A stretch of 64,000 nucleotides of DNA from Polyangia bacterium (lineage in GTDB: Bacteria; Myxococcota_A; Polyangia; Fen-1088): NCBI GenBank assembly GCA_036268875.1, contig DATATI010000034.1, positions 25,875-89,874 on the forward strand, in the 5' to 3' direction. Below, one piece after another: positions 11,252 through 20,869 of this stretch (positions within the stretch are counted from its first letter, which is position 1; every line of letters starts with the position of its first letter). The position numbers and the translations under genes were made by a program. A model generated the notes under the pieces. The model saw nothing but the letters and a program-made list of their open reading frames with translations, searched no databases and was not told where the DNA came from.

Positions 11252-12508
11252 CTATTTCAACACCACCCACAGCACGCCCACCGCCACCACCACGAATCCC
11301 GCCAGCAACCCCATCCCTGTCAGCAACTTTCGCTGATCGTAGTGCGCCAGCGACTGATCCAACGCCGCGATGGCCTTGCTCCGCTCCTCGATGGTTTCTT
11401 TCAAACGATCGATGCGCTGGTAAAGCGGCCGCAACGGCTGCCCCAAAGGGCGCGACTGCGCGGCGGCGCGCCCTAGCTGTTCGGTCAGCTCGGCCGTCTC
11501 GTGCTCTGCTTCCGACCGATCGCGGTTGTGCCCGACGATGGCCGCGCCCATCGCTCCGGCGGCGCCACGACGAGCGGTGACAGCGGCGTCCAGCTTTGAT
11601 CGCGCGGCGGCCGCGGCAGCGCGCAGCGACGCCGAGCGATCCCGCAACTCGACCAGCTCTTTTTCCAGACGCGTCGCCTGCCCTTGCAGCGCCGCCAGCT
11701 CACTGGCCAGCGCCGACGCTTCGTGACGAAGATGCGCCGCCCGCGCGGCGCCGTCGGGCGTGGCCGCCGCCATCTCGGCGTCGCGCTCGTGCGCCGCCCG
11801 TCGCTCGCGCACGCGGCCGAGGCGCGCCGCCACCTCCTGGCTCTCGACGGTCACCGGCCGCAGCATCTCGTCCGCCTCGACGCGGGCGGCGTCGCAGGCG
11901 CGCCACTGGGACTCGAGGCCCGTCTCCTGGGCGCCGAGACGGGCGTCCTCGGCGGCCTGCAGACGCTCGGCGGCGGCGATGTCCGCCAGGGCGGCTTCCC
12001 GGCGCGCCTCCGCCCGACCGATGGCCTCCAGCAGGCCAGTCAGATCCGGCGCATGAATGCCCTCGTGCAGGATGGCGGTGCCGAGTTCCTTGATGGCGCC
12101 GGCCAACAAGCGATGTGAACCGTCGCGCTCGTTCACCAGCCGCCGCCGCCGCTCGCCAGCGTCGGCCTGACCGCGCAGGTAGATATAGATGTACCCGATC
12201 GAATCGCCGATCCACGACAGGACCGACCAGATGGTCCGTCCGGTTTTCACCGCCGCGGAATCCTCGCGCACCACCCGCGCCGTGCTGATCTTCGCCTGCG
12301 CGGCCGGCGACAGCGACATCATCGTCGGCGACGTCGCCGCGGTCATCGCCGCGGCGGTGGACCCGTTTTCGGCGGCGGGGTGGGGCCTTGGGGTCGGCGC
12401 CCGCGGCAGCAACGGCACCGCCGTCATCGGCCCCAGACGCTTGCCACATTGGGAACAGTACCCAAGATGATCGGCATTCTGGTGGCCGCAGTGCCGACAG
12501 GAGCGCAT
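11252..12508 (-). CDS. zinc-ribbon / coiled-coil protein with C-terminal TM anchor, function unknown
   Basis: N-terminal CxxC...CxxC (CRHCGH...CSQCGK), long Ala/Arg/Glu-rich coiled coil, C-terminal hydrophobic helix. Confidence 0.55.
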   Translation of the reverse strand: MRSCRHCGHQNADHLGYCSQCGKRLGPMTAVPLLPRAPTPRPHPAAENGSTAAAMTAATSPTMMSLSPAAQAKISTARVVREDSAAVKTGRTIWSVLSWIGDSIGYIYIYLRGQADAGERRRRLVNERDGSHRLLAGAIKELGTAILHEGIHAPDLTGLLEAIGRAEARREAALADIAAAERLQAAEDARLGAQETGLESQWRACDAARVEADEMLRPVTVESQEVAARLGRVRERRAAHERDAEMAAATPDGAARAAHLRHEASALASELAALQGQATRLEKELVELRDRSASLRAAAAAARSKLDAAVTARRGAAGAMGAAIVGHNRDRSEAEHETAELTEQLGRAAAQSRPLGQPLRPLYQRIDRLKETIEERSKAIAALDQSLAHYDQRKLLTGMGLLAGFVVVAVGVLWVVLK

Positions 12509-12582
12509 GAGGCGTGTAGTTTAACCTGCCACCGAGTTCATCAGCGGTTTTCAGCGACGGCTATCCATGGTACCGATTTGAT

Positions 12583-13068
12583 ATGAACGCCGCCGCCAAG
12601 ATGAGCTGCCAGGTGGTCGAGAAGGCGCTTGGCAAAAGCTCTGCGTACAAGAAAATCGACGACGGTCTGTACGTCGTCAAGCAAGGTACCTGCGTGGTGA
12701 TGATCAACGTCATCCCCTGGCCGCCGGATCGCGCGGTGGTTCGCCTGGTCGCGCAGCTGGTGAAGGGCGTCTCGATGGAGGTGCCGCTGGCCCTGCAGCT
12801 GCTGGAGATGAACGCCATGTTGCGCTTCGGCGCCTTCGCCTTCGTTCCGGTCGGCGACATGATCATTTTTTCGCACACCCTGCTGGGCGGCAAGACGCTG
12901 GACCCGGTCGAGCTGACCACCACCATCCACGACGTGGCCATCATCGCCGACGAATACGACGATCGCATCGCCGCCCGCTATGGCGGACAGACCATGCAGG
13001 ATCTGCTGGAAGAAAGCGTGGTCGAGCACTTCCGGACCGCCCACTCGCGCGATCATTTCAAGCAGTAG
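12583..13068 (+). CDS. YbjN-like (putative sensory transduction regulator) domain protein
   Basis: 161 aa; fold-level resemblance to YbjN family (VMINVIPWPPDRAVVRLVAQL...FAFVPVGDMIIFSHTLLGG); assignment tentative. Confidence 0.45.
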   Translation: MNAAAKMSCQVVEKALGKSSAYKKIDDGLYVVKQGTCVVMINVIPWPPDRAVVRLVAQLVKGVSMEVPLALQLLEMNAMLRFGAFAFVPVGDMIIFSHTLLGGKTLDPVELTTTIHDVAIIADEYDDRIAARYGGQTMQDLLEESVVEHFRTAHSRDHFKQ

Positions 13069-13081
13069 CGAAAGCGCCGCC

Positions 13082-14473
13082 ATGATGACCGGCGCCAAGA
13101 GCAACATTCTGGAGGCGGTCGGAAGCACGCCGATCGTCAAGCTGCAGAAGGTGGCCGCGCACGTGGCCGCCGACATCTACGTCAAGTGCGAGTACCTGAA
13201 CCCGGGCGGTTCGATGAAGGATCGGGTGGCCCGCAACATCGTCACCGACGCCGAACGGCGTGGCCTGCTGGGCCCGGGCGGCACCATCGTCGAAGCCACC
13301 AGCGGCAACACCGGCATGGGGCTGGCGCTGGTGGCGGCGCTGCGCGGATACCAGTGCGTGTTCGTCATGCCCGACAAGATGTCGCAGGAAAAAGTGGCCG
13401 GCCTGCGGGCGTTCGGAGCCCGCGTGGTGATCTGCCCGACCGCCGTCGAGCCAGACGATCCGCGCAGCTATTACCAGACCGCCAAGCGCATCGTCCAGGA
13501 GACGCCCGGCGCCTTCTACGCCAACCAGTACCACAACCCGGCCAACCCCGAAGCGCACTATACCTCGACGGCGCCGGAGATCTGGCAGCAGACCGCCGGC
13601 GAGGTCGACGTCTTCGTGGCCGGCATGGGCACCGGCGGCACCATCTCGGGCTGCGGGCGTTTCTTCAAGGAGAAAAAGCCGGGCTTTCGCCTGGTCGGCG
13701 TCGATCCGATCGGCTCGCTTTACTACGAGTACATCAAGACCGGCCGCATGACCCGTCCGTTTTCATATTACGTCGAAGGCATCGGCGAGGATTTCTTGCC
13801 GACCACCATGAACCTGAAAATCCTCGACGAGGTGGTGCGCGTCGACGACAAGGAATGCTTCCTGATGACGCGCGAGCTGGTGCGCCAGGAGGGTCTTTAC
13901 GTCGGTGGCAGCTCGGGCGCGGCGGTGGCGGGCGCCATTCGCTATGCCGAGATGTCCAAGCGCAAGGAGAACATCCTGGTGCTGCTGCCGGACAGCGCGC
14001 AGAAGTACCTGTCGAAGATCTTCGACGACAAGTGGATGCGCGAAAACGGTTTCCTCGACGAACCCGATCCGCTGGGCACGGTCGCCCAACTTTTGCGCTC
14101 GAAGAAACCGCGCCCGCTGGTGGCGGCCAAGAAGGGCGATCGGGTGCGCCACGTGATCGGCCTGATGCGCGACAACGGCATCTCCCAAATGCCGGTCCTT
14201 GAGACCGCCGGCGGACGGATGGCCGGCATCGTCGCCGAGGTCGATCTGCTGAACTTTCTGGTCAAGGGTGAGAAGAACCTGGACAGCCCGATCGACGATC
14301 TTCTGGAATCGGATTACGCCACCGTCACGCCGGCCACCCGCATCCATCTGGTGCGCAACATCTTCAACGACGCCAAGATCGTCGTCGTGGAAGACGGCGA
14401 CCAGGTCTACGACGTGATCACCAAGATTGATCTGATCGAATATCTGGCCGAGCGGCGCGGCGCCGCCGGCTAG
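13082..14473 (+). CDS. cbs: cystathionine beta-synthase (PLP domain + tandem CBS domains)
   Basis: PLP-lysine motif SMKDR, GNTG loop, C-terminal CBS pair; start at MMTGAK (track ORF 12980 overlaps upstream gene). Confidence 0.85.
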   Translation: MMTGAKSNILEAVGSTPIVKLQKVAAHVAADIYVKCEYLNPGGSMKDRVARNIVTDAERRGLLGPGGTIVEATSGNTGMGLALVAALRGYQCVFVMPDKMSQEKVAGLRAFGARVVICPTAVEPDDPRSYYQTAKRIVQETPGAFYANQYHNPANPEAHYTSTAPEIWQQTAGEVDVFVAGMGTGGTISGCGRFFKEKKPGFRLVGVDPIGSLYYEYIKTGRMTRPFSYYVEGIGEDFLPTTMNLKILDEVVRVDDKECFLMTRELVRQEGLYVGGSSGAAVAGAIRYAEMSKRKENILVLLPDSAQKYLSKIFDDKWMRENGFLDEPDPLGTVAQLLRSKKPRPLVAAKKGDRVRHVIGLMRDNGISQMPVLETAGGRMAGIVAEVDLLNFLVKGEKNLDSPIDDLLESDYATVTPATRIHLVRNIFNDAKIVVVEDGDQVYDVITKIDLIEYLAERRGAAG

Positions 14474-14481
14474 GGCGCGCC

Positions 14482-15669
14482 GTGGCTGCCCGCAAGAAGA
14501 AAACCGCCGCCGCGACGGCGCCGCGCTTCGAAACCAAGGCCATCCACGCCGGCCAGCATCCAGAGCCGGTGACGGGCGCGGTGATGACGCCGATCTTTTT
14601 GACTTCGACGTACGCCCAGAAGGGACCAGGCGCGCACAGCGGCTTTGAATACTCGCGCACCCAGAACCCGACGCGGTTTGCCCTGGAGGGAAACATCGCC
14701 GCCCTGGAGAGCGGCGATTGGGGACTTTGCTTCAACGCTGGTCTCGCCGCGTCGGCGGCGGTGATGGCGTTGCTGTCCGCCGGCGACGAGGTGGTGGCGG
14801 GCGACGATCTCTACGGAGGCTCGTTTCGCCTGTTCGACAAGGTCTTCCGCCGCCTCGGTCTGACGTTCATCTACGCCGACGCGCGCGATCCGGCGCGCTT
14901 CGCCGCCGCCATCAGCGGCAAGACCAAGCTTGGCTGGATTGAAACGCCGACCAACCCGATGCTGCGCCTGGCAGACATCACCGCCATCGCCGCCGCCTGC
15001 CACGCCCGCGGCGTTCCTCTGGCCGTCGACAATACCTTCATGAGCCCGTATTTCCAGCGCCCGCTGGAGCTGGGCGCCGATCTGGTGGTCCACTCGACGA
15101 CGAAATATTTGAACGGCCACTCGGACGTCGTCGGCGGCGCCATCGTTGGCCGTGATCCGGCCCTGCGCGAGCGCCTGGCGTTTCTGCAAAACGCCATGGG
15201 CGGCAGCCAGACCGCGCTGGACAGCTTTCTGGTTCTGCGTGGAACCAAGACGCTGGCCGTGCGCATGCAGCGCCATCAAGAAAACGCCCTGGCCATCGCC
15301 CGCTGGCTGGAATCGCGCCCGGAGATCGCCCGCGTGATCTACCCCGGATTACCGTCCCATCCGCAACATCAACTGGCGCGCCGGCAGATGACCGGCTTTG
15401 GCGGCATGGTCAGTTTCATCCTTCGCGAAAACAAAAACACGCTCGACCGCGCCCGATCGTTCCTGCAACGCCTGCGCGTCTTCACCTGCGCCGAGTCGCT
15501 GGGCGGCGTCGAATCGTTGGCCGAGCACCCCGCCATCATGACCCACGCCTCGATTCCCCCTGAGCGCCGGGCCGCCCTGGGAATCAGCGACGGCCTCATC
15601 CGCTTGTCCGTCGGCATCGAACACGCTGACGATCTGATCGCCGACCTCGATCAGGCTCTGCGCAAATAA
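14482..15669 (+). CDS. cystathionine gamma-lyase / Cys-Met metabolism PLP-dependent enzyme
   Basis: KAIHAG...TPIFLTSTY signature of the CGL/CGS family; immediately downstream of cbs (reverse transsulfuration pair). Confidence 0.85.
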   Translation: MAARKKKTAAATAPRFETKAIHAGQHPEPVTGAVMTPIFLTSTYAQKGPGAHSGFEYSRTQNPTRFALEGNIAALESGDWGLCFNAGLAASAAVMALLSAGDEVVAGDDLYGGSFRLFDKVFRRLGLTFIYADARDPARFAAAISGKTKLGWIETPTNPMLRLADITAIAAACHARGVPLAVDNTFMSPYFQRPLELGADLVVHSTTKYLNGHSDVVGGAIVGRDPALRERLAFLQNAMGGSQTALDSFLVLRGTKTLAVRMQRHQENALAIARWLESRPEIARVIYPGLPSHPQHQLARRQMTGFGGMVSFILRENKNTLDRARSFLQRLRVFTCAESLGGVESLAEHPAIMTHASIPPERRAALGISDGLIRLSVGIEHADDLIADLDQALRK

Positions 15670-15699
15670 AAAGGCGCCCCCGAAGGAGCGCCTTTTTTC
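15667..15699. terminator. bidirectional intrinsic terminator between convergent genes
   Basis: AAAAA-GGCGCCCC-gaa-GGAGCGCC-TTTTTT; A-tract/hairpin/T-tract between + CGL stop (15669) and - lipoprotein stop (15733). Confidence 0.65.
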
Positions 15700-15732
15700 C
15701 GATCGACTTCTTTCCGACGTCGTGGCGTCGGC

Positions 15733-16329
15733 CTAGTCGGCACCGCCGTCAGCCGCGCGACGGCACTGAGCGGCGCACACCACCACGCCGCGAACGCAGT
15801 CACAGGTGCGCTCGCCGGCGGCCATGCCCACCATGCAAGGTTCCATGCAGGTCTCGGCCGGGGCGCCACGAGCGGCCGCCGTGCAGCGTGCACCGGCGCG
15901 GCACATCGGGATGGAACCCGCGTCGGCAGTCATGCCGGCGTCAGGACGCACACCGGCGTCGGGACGCATACGGGCATCGGGACGTATAACAGCGTCGGGA
16001 CGCATGCCGCCGCTGTCGGGACGCGTGAAGCCGCCATCGCCGCGCATGCCGCCGCCGTCGGGACGCATGAAGCCGCCATCGGGACGTCCGCCCGGCGCGC
16101 CGCCGCTGCCGCCAACAATGGAACCGCCGGAGCCTTGCTCGCCTCCGGTGCCTCCGAAGATGCTGCCGCCCGATCCAGAACCGATGCCGGATCCCCCGGA
16201 GCCGATCTGGGTGCTGCCGCCGCTGCCCTCGCCGGGCACGGTGTCACTGGACCCGCCGCAGCCATACCCCGCAATGGCCAGCAGCATAGCCGCGCACGAC
16301 AGCGTCGTTATTCGTGAACTCCGGGTCAT
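15733..16329 (-). CDS. Gly/Ser-rich lipoprotein with (M/I)RPD(A/G)G tandem repeats and Cys-rich C-terminal domain
   Basis: Signal + lipobox (AGYGCGG), GSGG linker, about 9 RPDxG hexapeptide repeats, C-terminal 8-Cys module; start at MTRSS. Confidence 0.55.
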   Translation of the reverse strand: MTRSSRITTLSCAAMLLAIAGYGCGGSSDTVPGEGSGGSTQIGSGGSGIGSGSGGSIFGGTGGEQGSGGSIVGGSGGAPGGRPDGGFMRPDGGGMRGDGGFTRPDSGGMRPDAVIRPDARMRPDAGVRPDAGMTADAGSIPMCRAGARCTAAARGAPAETCMEPCMVGMAAGERTCDCVRGVVVCAAQCRRAADGGAD

Positions 16330-16496
16330 GTTGAACGCCTCCGATTGAATTGCCCGCATTTGGCACGGGCTTCCGCTTTGCTGGGCCCGGGGGGAACCGT
16401 ACAAATCGGAAACTCAAACCCCGGCAGCCATCGCGATGCCGATGCGATTGGCAGTTGTGACGAAAGGGGCGTCCGGGAATGTTCCCCGAGGATCGG

Positions 16497-17969
16497 CTAG
16501 GGAGACGCTTTTTCCGTCTCGTCCATCAGCCGCGCGGCATCGTCCAGGAACAGGCCGGCAGGAAAATCGCTGAGATACTGTCGCAAAGCGTCCGCCGCCC
16601 CAGCGTCGCCGAGGGTCTTGAGGCAGGCCGCCCGCCCAAAAGATGCCCGGTCAATCAGCTCGGCACGCCGTGAGGTTCGTTGCGTCAGCTCATACGAGCG
16701 GATCGCCGACTGGCAATCGCCGGCTGCGCGCTGCAGGTCGCCGGCAATCCGGGCGATCTCGTCCCGCCGTTCGCTGTCGGGATGATCGCGGAGAAACCGA
16801 TTGGCCTCGGCAAGTGCGCCCGGACTGTCACCCAGGCGCACCAAGGTTTCAACAATGGATACGTCGGCCTCGACGCGCAAAATGCCGTTCGCATTCGCGT
16901 CGCGGTAACGCCGCCAGGCGGCCACCGCGGCTTCCGGCTGGCGCAAGCGATCACGCAGGATCTTGCCGATCTCATAAGCGGCGTTTTCCGCCGCCGGTCC
17001 GCCGCGGGCCAGGATCTCGCCGTAAAGCTCCAGGCCTCGGCGGACGTCGCCGGCGGCCAGCGCTTCCTCGGCGTCTGCTCCCGGCAAAACCAGCGGCGAC
17101 ACCCGCACGCCGTCGACGGCGGCCGAGGTTGCCGCTGACGACGACGTTTGGGCCATGGCCAGGGCCCGCCGGTGCGCGCGCGACCGCACCCGCACCGCGG
17201 TCAGCGCGCGCATTCGGACCGCCACCGGCGCTGTCGGAGCGGTCGCCACCGGCGCCGGCAGCCCGGCCCACGATTCACCGACCGTCAGGCGCGCCAGGCG
17301 CACGGTGTCTCGCCACACCTCGACGACACCCTCGTCGACGTCCACGCTGACCCGATCGCCGCTGTGCACGCGAAACTTCGTACCCACCACCACCACCCGA
17401 TAGGCCCCCACCACCACCACGAAGTTTTTTCCGGGCGCCTGGTGCGGCACCGAGAAAGCGACGTCGCCTTCGTTCACCGACGGATGCTGCTCGTCGTCCA
17501 GGGACAATGTCGAGCGCGGGCCGACGGACGCGGCCACGCCGCCAGGCAATGCCAGCGCCAACGTCTCGCCGGCGGAGGTCCGCACGGTGGCCGGCCCCAC
17601 CAGCGCGCGCCGCTCCGGCGCGACCGGCGAAGCGACCGCCGGCAACGCGGTGACGACCGCCACCGCCAAGCGCGCCGGATGCGCCACGCCCACCGGCGCC
17701 AGCGCGGCCGGCGTGGGCGCGAGCCCCGGCCAAAACACCGCTGCCAAGACCGCCGCCAGCACCGCGCTGCTGGCCACGCCGCCCACGAACCACCGCCAGC
17801 GCGACGAGCTGCGCGGTCGCAAGACCGGCGACGTCGCTTGCGACAGCTTGCTCCACAGCCGCCGCAAGGCCACATCGTCGCCGGTGCGGGCCTGGGCGTC
17901 GTCCAGCGCGCGGCGCAGTTCGCTCTCCACGGGATCCAGGGATCGGTCCAGCCAGCGCTGGTCGCTCAC
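16497..17969 (-). CDS. anti-sigma factor: N-terminal anti-sigma region, TM, FecR-like domain and C-terminal TPR repeats
   Basis: TM segment (VGGVASSAVLAAVLAAVF), FecR-like beta region (VAFSVPHQAPGKNFVVVVGAYRVVVVGTKFRVH), TPR-like C-terminus; overlaps upstream ECF sigma by 4 nt. Confidence 0.65.
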   Translation of the reverse strand: MSDQRWLDRSLDPVESELRRALDDAQARTGDDVALRRLWSKLSQATSPVLRPRSSSRWRWFVGGVASSAVLAAVLAAVFWPGLAPTPAALAPVGVAHPARLAVAVVTALPAVASPVAPERRALVGPATVRTSAGETLALALPGGVAASVGPRSTLSLDDEQHPSVNEGDVAFSVPHQAPGKNFVVVVGAYRVVVVGTKFRVHSGDRVSVDVDEGVVEVWRDTVRLARLTVGESWAGLPAPVATAPTAPVAVRMRALTAVRVRSRAHRRALAMAQTSSSAATSAAVDGVRVSPLVLPGADAEEALAAGDVRRGLELYGEILARGGPAAENAAYEIGKILRDRLRQPEAAVAAWRRYRDANANGILRVEADVSIVETLVRLGDSPGALAEANRFLRDHPDSERRDEIARIAGDLQRAAGDCQSAIRSYELTQRTSRRAELIDRASFGRAACLKTLGDAGAADALRQYLSDFPAGLFLDDAARLMDETEKASP

Positions 17970-18586
17970 AGTCGCCTCCGCTTCGCTGCCTTCAGCAGCT
18001 GGGCACGCGCGTGATGCAGGCGCGACCAGGCGGTGTTCTCCGGGCAGCCCACCACCCGAGCCACCTCTTCAATGGGTAGGCCTTCCAGCTCGAACAGGAT
18101 CAGCACCAGGCGTTTCTTGGGATCGACCCGTTCAAGCAAGGTGTCCAAGATCTCAAGACGCTCCGTGCGTTCGGACTGGTCGGAGGCGGGCGGCGGCAAC
18201 GGCTCGCGCAGCATCAGCGTCGACAGCAACCGCTGCAGCCGATGGCGCTGGATCAAGCGCGCCGTTCCGCGCGCGGCGATCTTGTAGATCCACGTCGACA
18301 GTTGAGCATCGCCGCGAAAACGCGGCAGGCTGCGATAGACGGCCAAGAACACGTCCTGGCAAGCGTCCTCGCGCTCGCTCGGAACCACGCCCAGCGCGCT
18401 GATGAACCGGTGCACCATGGGGGCGTATCGTTCGTAAAGCTGGCGCCAAGCCCCGTGATCGCCTTGCTGGCAGCGCGCGATCAAAACCCGATCGGACGGT
18501 TCCGGAGAACCGCGCAAAGCGCTGCTGGCGACGCCTGGTGTCCGCAAAAGCTCCCCCGACCTTGAGGTTAGTGTCCGGCGGCCCAA
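17966..18586 (-). CDS. ECF-type sigma-70 factor
   Basis: Region 2 (YRSLPRFRGDAQLSTWIYKIA) and region 4 (LILFELEGLPIEEVARVVGCPENTAWSRLHHAR). Confidence 0.8.
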   Translation of the reverse strand: MGRRTLTSRSGELLRTPGVASSALRGSPEPSDRVLIARCQQGDHGAWRQLYERYAPMVHRFISALGVVPSEREDACQDVFLAVYRSLPRFRGDAQLSTWIYKIAARGTARLIQRHRLQRLLSTLMLREPLPPPASDQSERTERLEILDTLLERVDPKKRLVLILFELEGLPIEEVARVVGCPENTAWSRLHHARAQLLKAAKRRRL

Positions 18587-18592
18587 ATTTCG

Positions 18593-19531
18593 TCAGCGAA
18601 AATAGAATCCTGTTTCAACTCCCACCCTTGCATACGTGCGCGGGGTGCTGACCGCACCGTCGCTGCCGTCGCCCAGGCCGGTCAGCCGATAGGGAACGGC
18701 CAGGCCAATGGCCAGCCCTCCGCGGGCAAAGTAGTCGCCCCCGCGCAACCGATAAGCCAGAGCCGCCTCGACGTTCGGGCTGACGTTGCGGTCGGTGTGC
18801 GCGCTGCCGTCGATGCGGCGGGCGTTCACCAGCAACGCGTCGATGCCCAGGTTCAAGCCAGGCTCAAGTCGGCCCGGACCGGCAGCCAGCGATAGATAGG
18901 TCCCGAGGCGCAGCGGAATCCGGCGCAGCGTGGCCCGCCCGTTCGGCCAACGTCCTTCGGCCAGCGGCGCGATGCCCACCGTCAGCGACGCACCGGCGCC
19001 ACGGTCGCGGGCGGCGCGCTGTAGATCGATCCCAACCAGGGCCTCGAAGCCTTCCAGCGCGTCGCCGGCGGATCGCCAGGCGGCGCCGCCCACCAGCGCG
19101 GCGTCGGTCGTCGGTTCAGGCGGCGCCGGCGGGGGAGGCGGCGCGGCCGGAACCGCCGGCGGGGGGGGCGCGGGCGGACGCGCCGCCACCGATTCGTCCA
19201 GCTCGGCCACGTACCGGTCGACGATAAAGGCCACCGTGTCGGCCAGGGCCACGCAGTCGGCCCGGTGGCCCTCGGCAGCAGGCAGAACCCGACGCAGTAG
19301 CACCTGGCCGCCGGCATCGCGCAACTCGACCTGCAACACCGGCGGACCGGGCGGCGAGGAACGCGCTTGCAGCAGCAGCCGCAGCGCGCCCGGATCGGCC
19401 GACGGCGCCGCCGACGCCGAAACGCCGGTCAAACGCGCGGCGATCGCTTGTACCACCTCGACCACCGACGGACAGTCACCGCGTCCGTCGCCAGACACGG
19501 TGATGGCCGCCGCATGAATGATCAGCAACAC
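18593..19531 (-). CDS. hypothetical protein (possibly outer-membrane beta-rich C-terminus)
   Basis: ORF tightly packed between aminotransferase and ECF sigma genes on same strand; no recognisable motif. Confidence 0.4.
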   Translation of the reverse strand: MLLIIHAAAITVSGDGRGDCPSVVEVVQAIAARLTGVSASAAPSADPGALRLLLQARSSPPGPPVLQVELRDAGGQVLLRRVLPAAEGHRADCVALADTVAFIVDRYVAELDESVAARPPAPPPPAVPAAPPPPPAPPEPTTDAALVGGAAWRSAGDALEGFEALVGIDLQRAARDRGAGASLTVGIAPLAEGRWPNGRATLRRIPLRLGTYLSLAAGPGRLEPGLNLGIDALLVNARRIDGSAHTDRNVSPNVEAALAYRLRGGDYFARGGLAIGLAVPYRLTGLGDGSDGAVSTPRTYARVGVETGFYFR

Positions 19532-19547
19532 CGGCGACAGCAGGCGA

Positions 19548-20810
19548 CTAGCTTCCTTCCATCAAGCCGCTGCAGCGATCCACCACCCGCGCCATCGCCT
19601 CGGCGAAGATCGACGGCGGGGGCAGAAGGCTCACCACCAAGAACGCGCCCGGTCCCGGCAGGTCGAAGAAATAACCGGGCTGCACCAGCACGCCGTCGCG
19701 CTGTAGCAGCGTGACCGCCCACTCTGCATCAGTCATCACGGCGGGGACGCGAAGAATGGCCGACCAGCCGGCCTCGGCCGGCAGCAACGTGCAAGGAGAT
19801 GACGACGGCAGCAGCGCCTGCAACCGGGCGCGGTTGGCCGCCACGCGAGCCGTGATGGCCGCGCGAATGGTGCCACCCAGAGCCAACAAATCCGGTGCCG
19901 CCAGCTGGACCGGCGTTGCCACGGAAAGATAGGTGTCGGCGATCAGCTCCAGCCGCCCCAGCGCCATCGCGACATCGGATGGTGATCCGCCGGCCACGAT
20001 CCAGCCGAGCTTGATCTGCGGCAAGCCGCACGACTTGGAGAGGCCGCCCAGGCTGAACGTCAACACCGGCGCAGCGCCGGCAGCCGCGGCCGCGGCGGCG
20101 CAGGCCACGGCGTCGCCGGGCCGGGCCCCGAAGGGAAAATCGGCGAACACCTCGTCGGCGATCAAGGCCATGCCGCCGCGCGCACAGAGCGTGGCCAGCC
20201 GGCGGCGCTCGTCGGCCTTGAGGAATGATCCGGTCGGGTTGTTCGGGCTGACCACGATCAGCGCGGGCGTCCTTTGGCCGGCGGCGCGGGCGGCTGCCAG
20301 CGCCGCGTCGATCGACGCAAAGTCGATATGCCAGACACCGTCGTAAGCCAGGCGATAGGCGATGGGTTGCACGCCTTCCAGGCGCGCCAGATAGTCGAAC
20401 AGCGGATAGCCGGGCTCGGGAATGAGAACGGCGTCGCCGGGATCGCACAGCAGCTTGAACAGCAGTGCATACGATTCGCTGCTGCTGGCGGTGAGCAGCA
20501 GGCGATCGGGATCGACGGTACATCCGCGCCGGGCATAGTCGGCGGCGACCGCGGCGCGCGCCGACGGCAACCCGCGCGGCGCCGGCGCATAGGTGGCCAC
20601 CTCGGGCGGCGCCAGCGCCTCGCGCAGCGCCGCCACCGGATACGGCAGGTCGACGGTGGTGGGATTGGACACCGTCAGATCAAGGACCGCGCCGCCGGCC
20701 TGATGGCGGGCCGTCTCGGCCGCGGCGAGGGCGTTTTCTGGGCGATCCCAGGGCAGACGACGCGAAAACACCGGGCGCAGGTTACCACCGGTGGCGCTTG
20801 TCCCGGCCAT
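19548..20810 (-). CDS. PLP-dependent aminotransferase, class I/II fold
   Basis: 420 aa; aminotransferase class-I pattern (NPTGSFL, LIADEVF..., SKSCGLPQ with PLP-Lys). Confidence 0.8.
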   Translation of the reverse strand: MAGTSATGGNLRPVFSRRLPWDRPENALAAAETARHQAGGAVLDLTVSNPTTVDLPYPVAALREALAPPEVATYAPAPRGLPSARAAVAADYARRGCTVDPDRLLLTASSSESYALLFKLLCDPGDAVLIPEPGYPLFDYLARLEGVQPIAYRLAYDGVWHIDFASIDAALAAARAAGQRTPALIVVSPNNPTGSFLKADERRRLATLCARGGMALIADEVFADFPFGARPGDAVACAAAAAAAGAAPVLTFSLGGLSKSCGLPQIKLGWIVAGGSPSDVAMALGRLELIADTYLSVATPVQLAAPDLLALGGTIRAAITARVAANRARLQALLPSSSPCTLLPAEAGWSAILRVPAVMTDAEWAVTLLQRDGVLVQPGYFFDLPGPGAFLVVSLLPPPSIFAEAMARVVDRCSGLMEGS

Positions 20811-20869
20811 CGGTTCAGGCGGCAGGCGTACTCGCGGCGACGGTCGGGTTGCCGTACAATGGAGCGTTC

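Noticed and set aside
12980-13081. 5' extension of the cbs ORF
   Set aside because: Overlaps the end of the upstream YbjN-like gene; the conserved N-terminus begins at MMTGAK.
16355-16385. TGGCAC-containing sequence resembling a sigma-54 -24 element
   Set aside because: The GC dinucleotide is not at the required 10-nt spacing from GG, and the orientation is away from any plus-strand gene.
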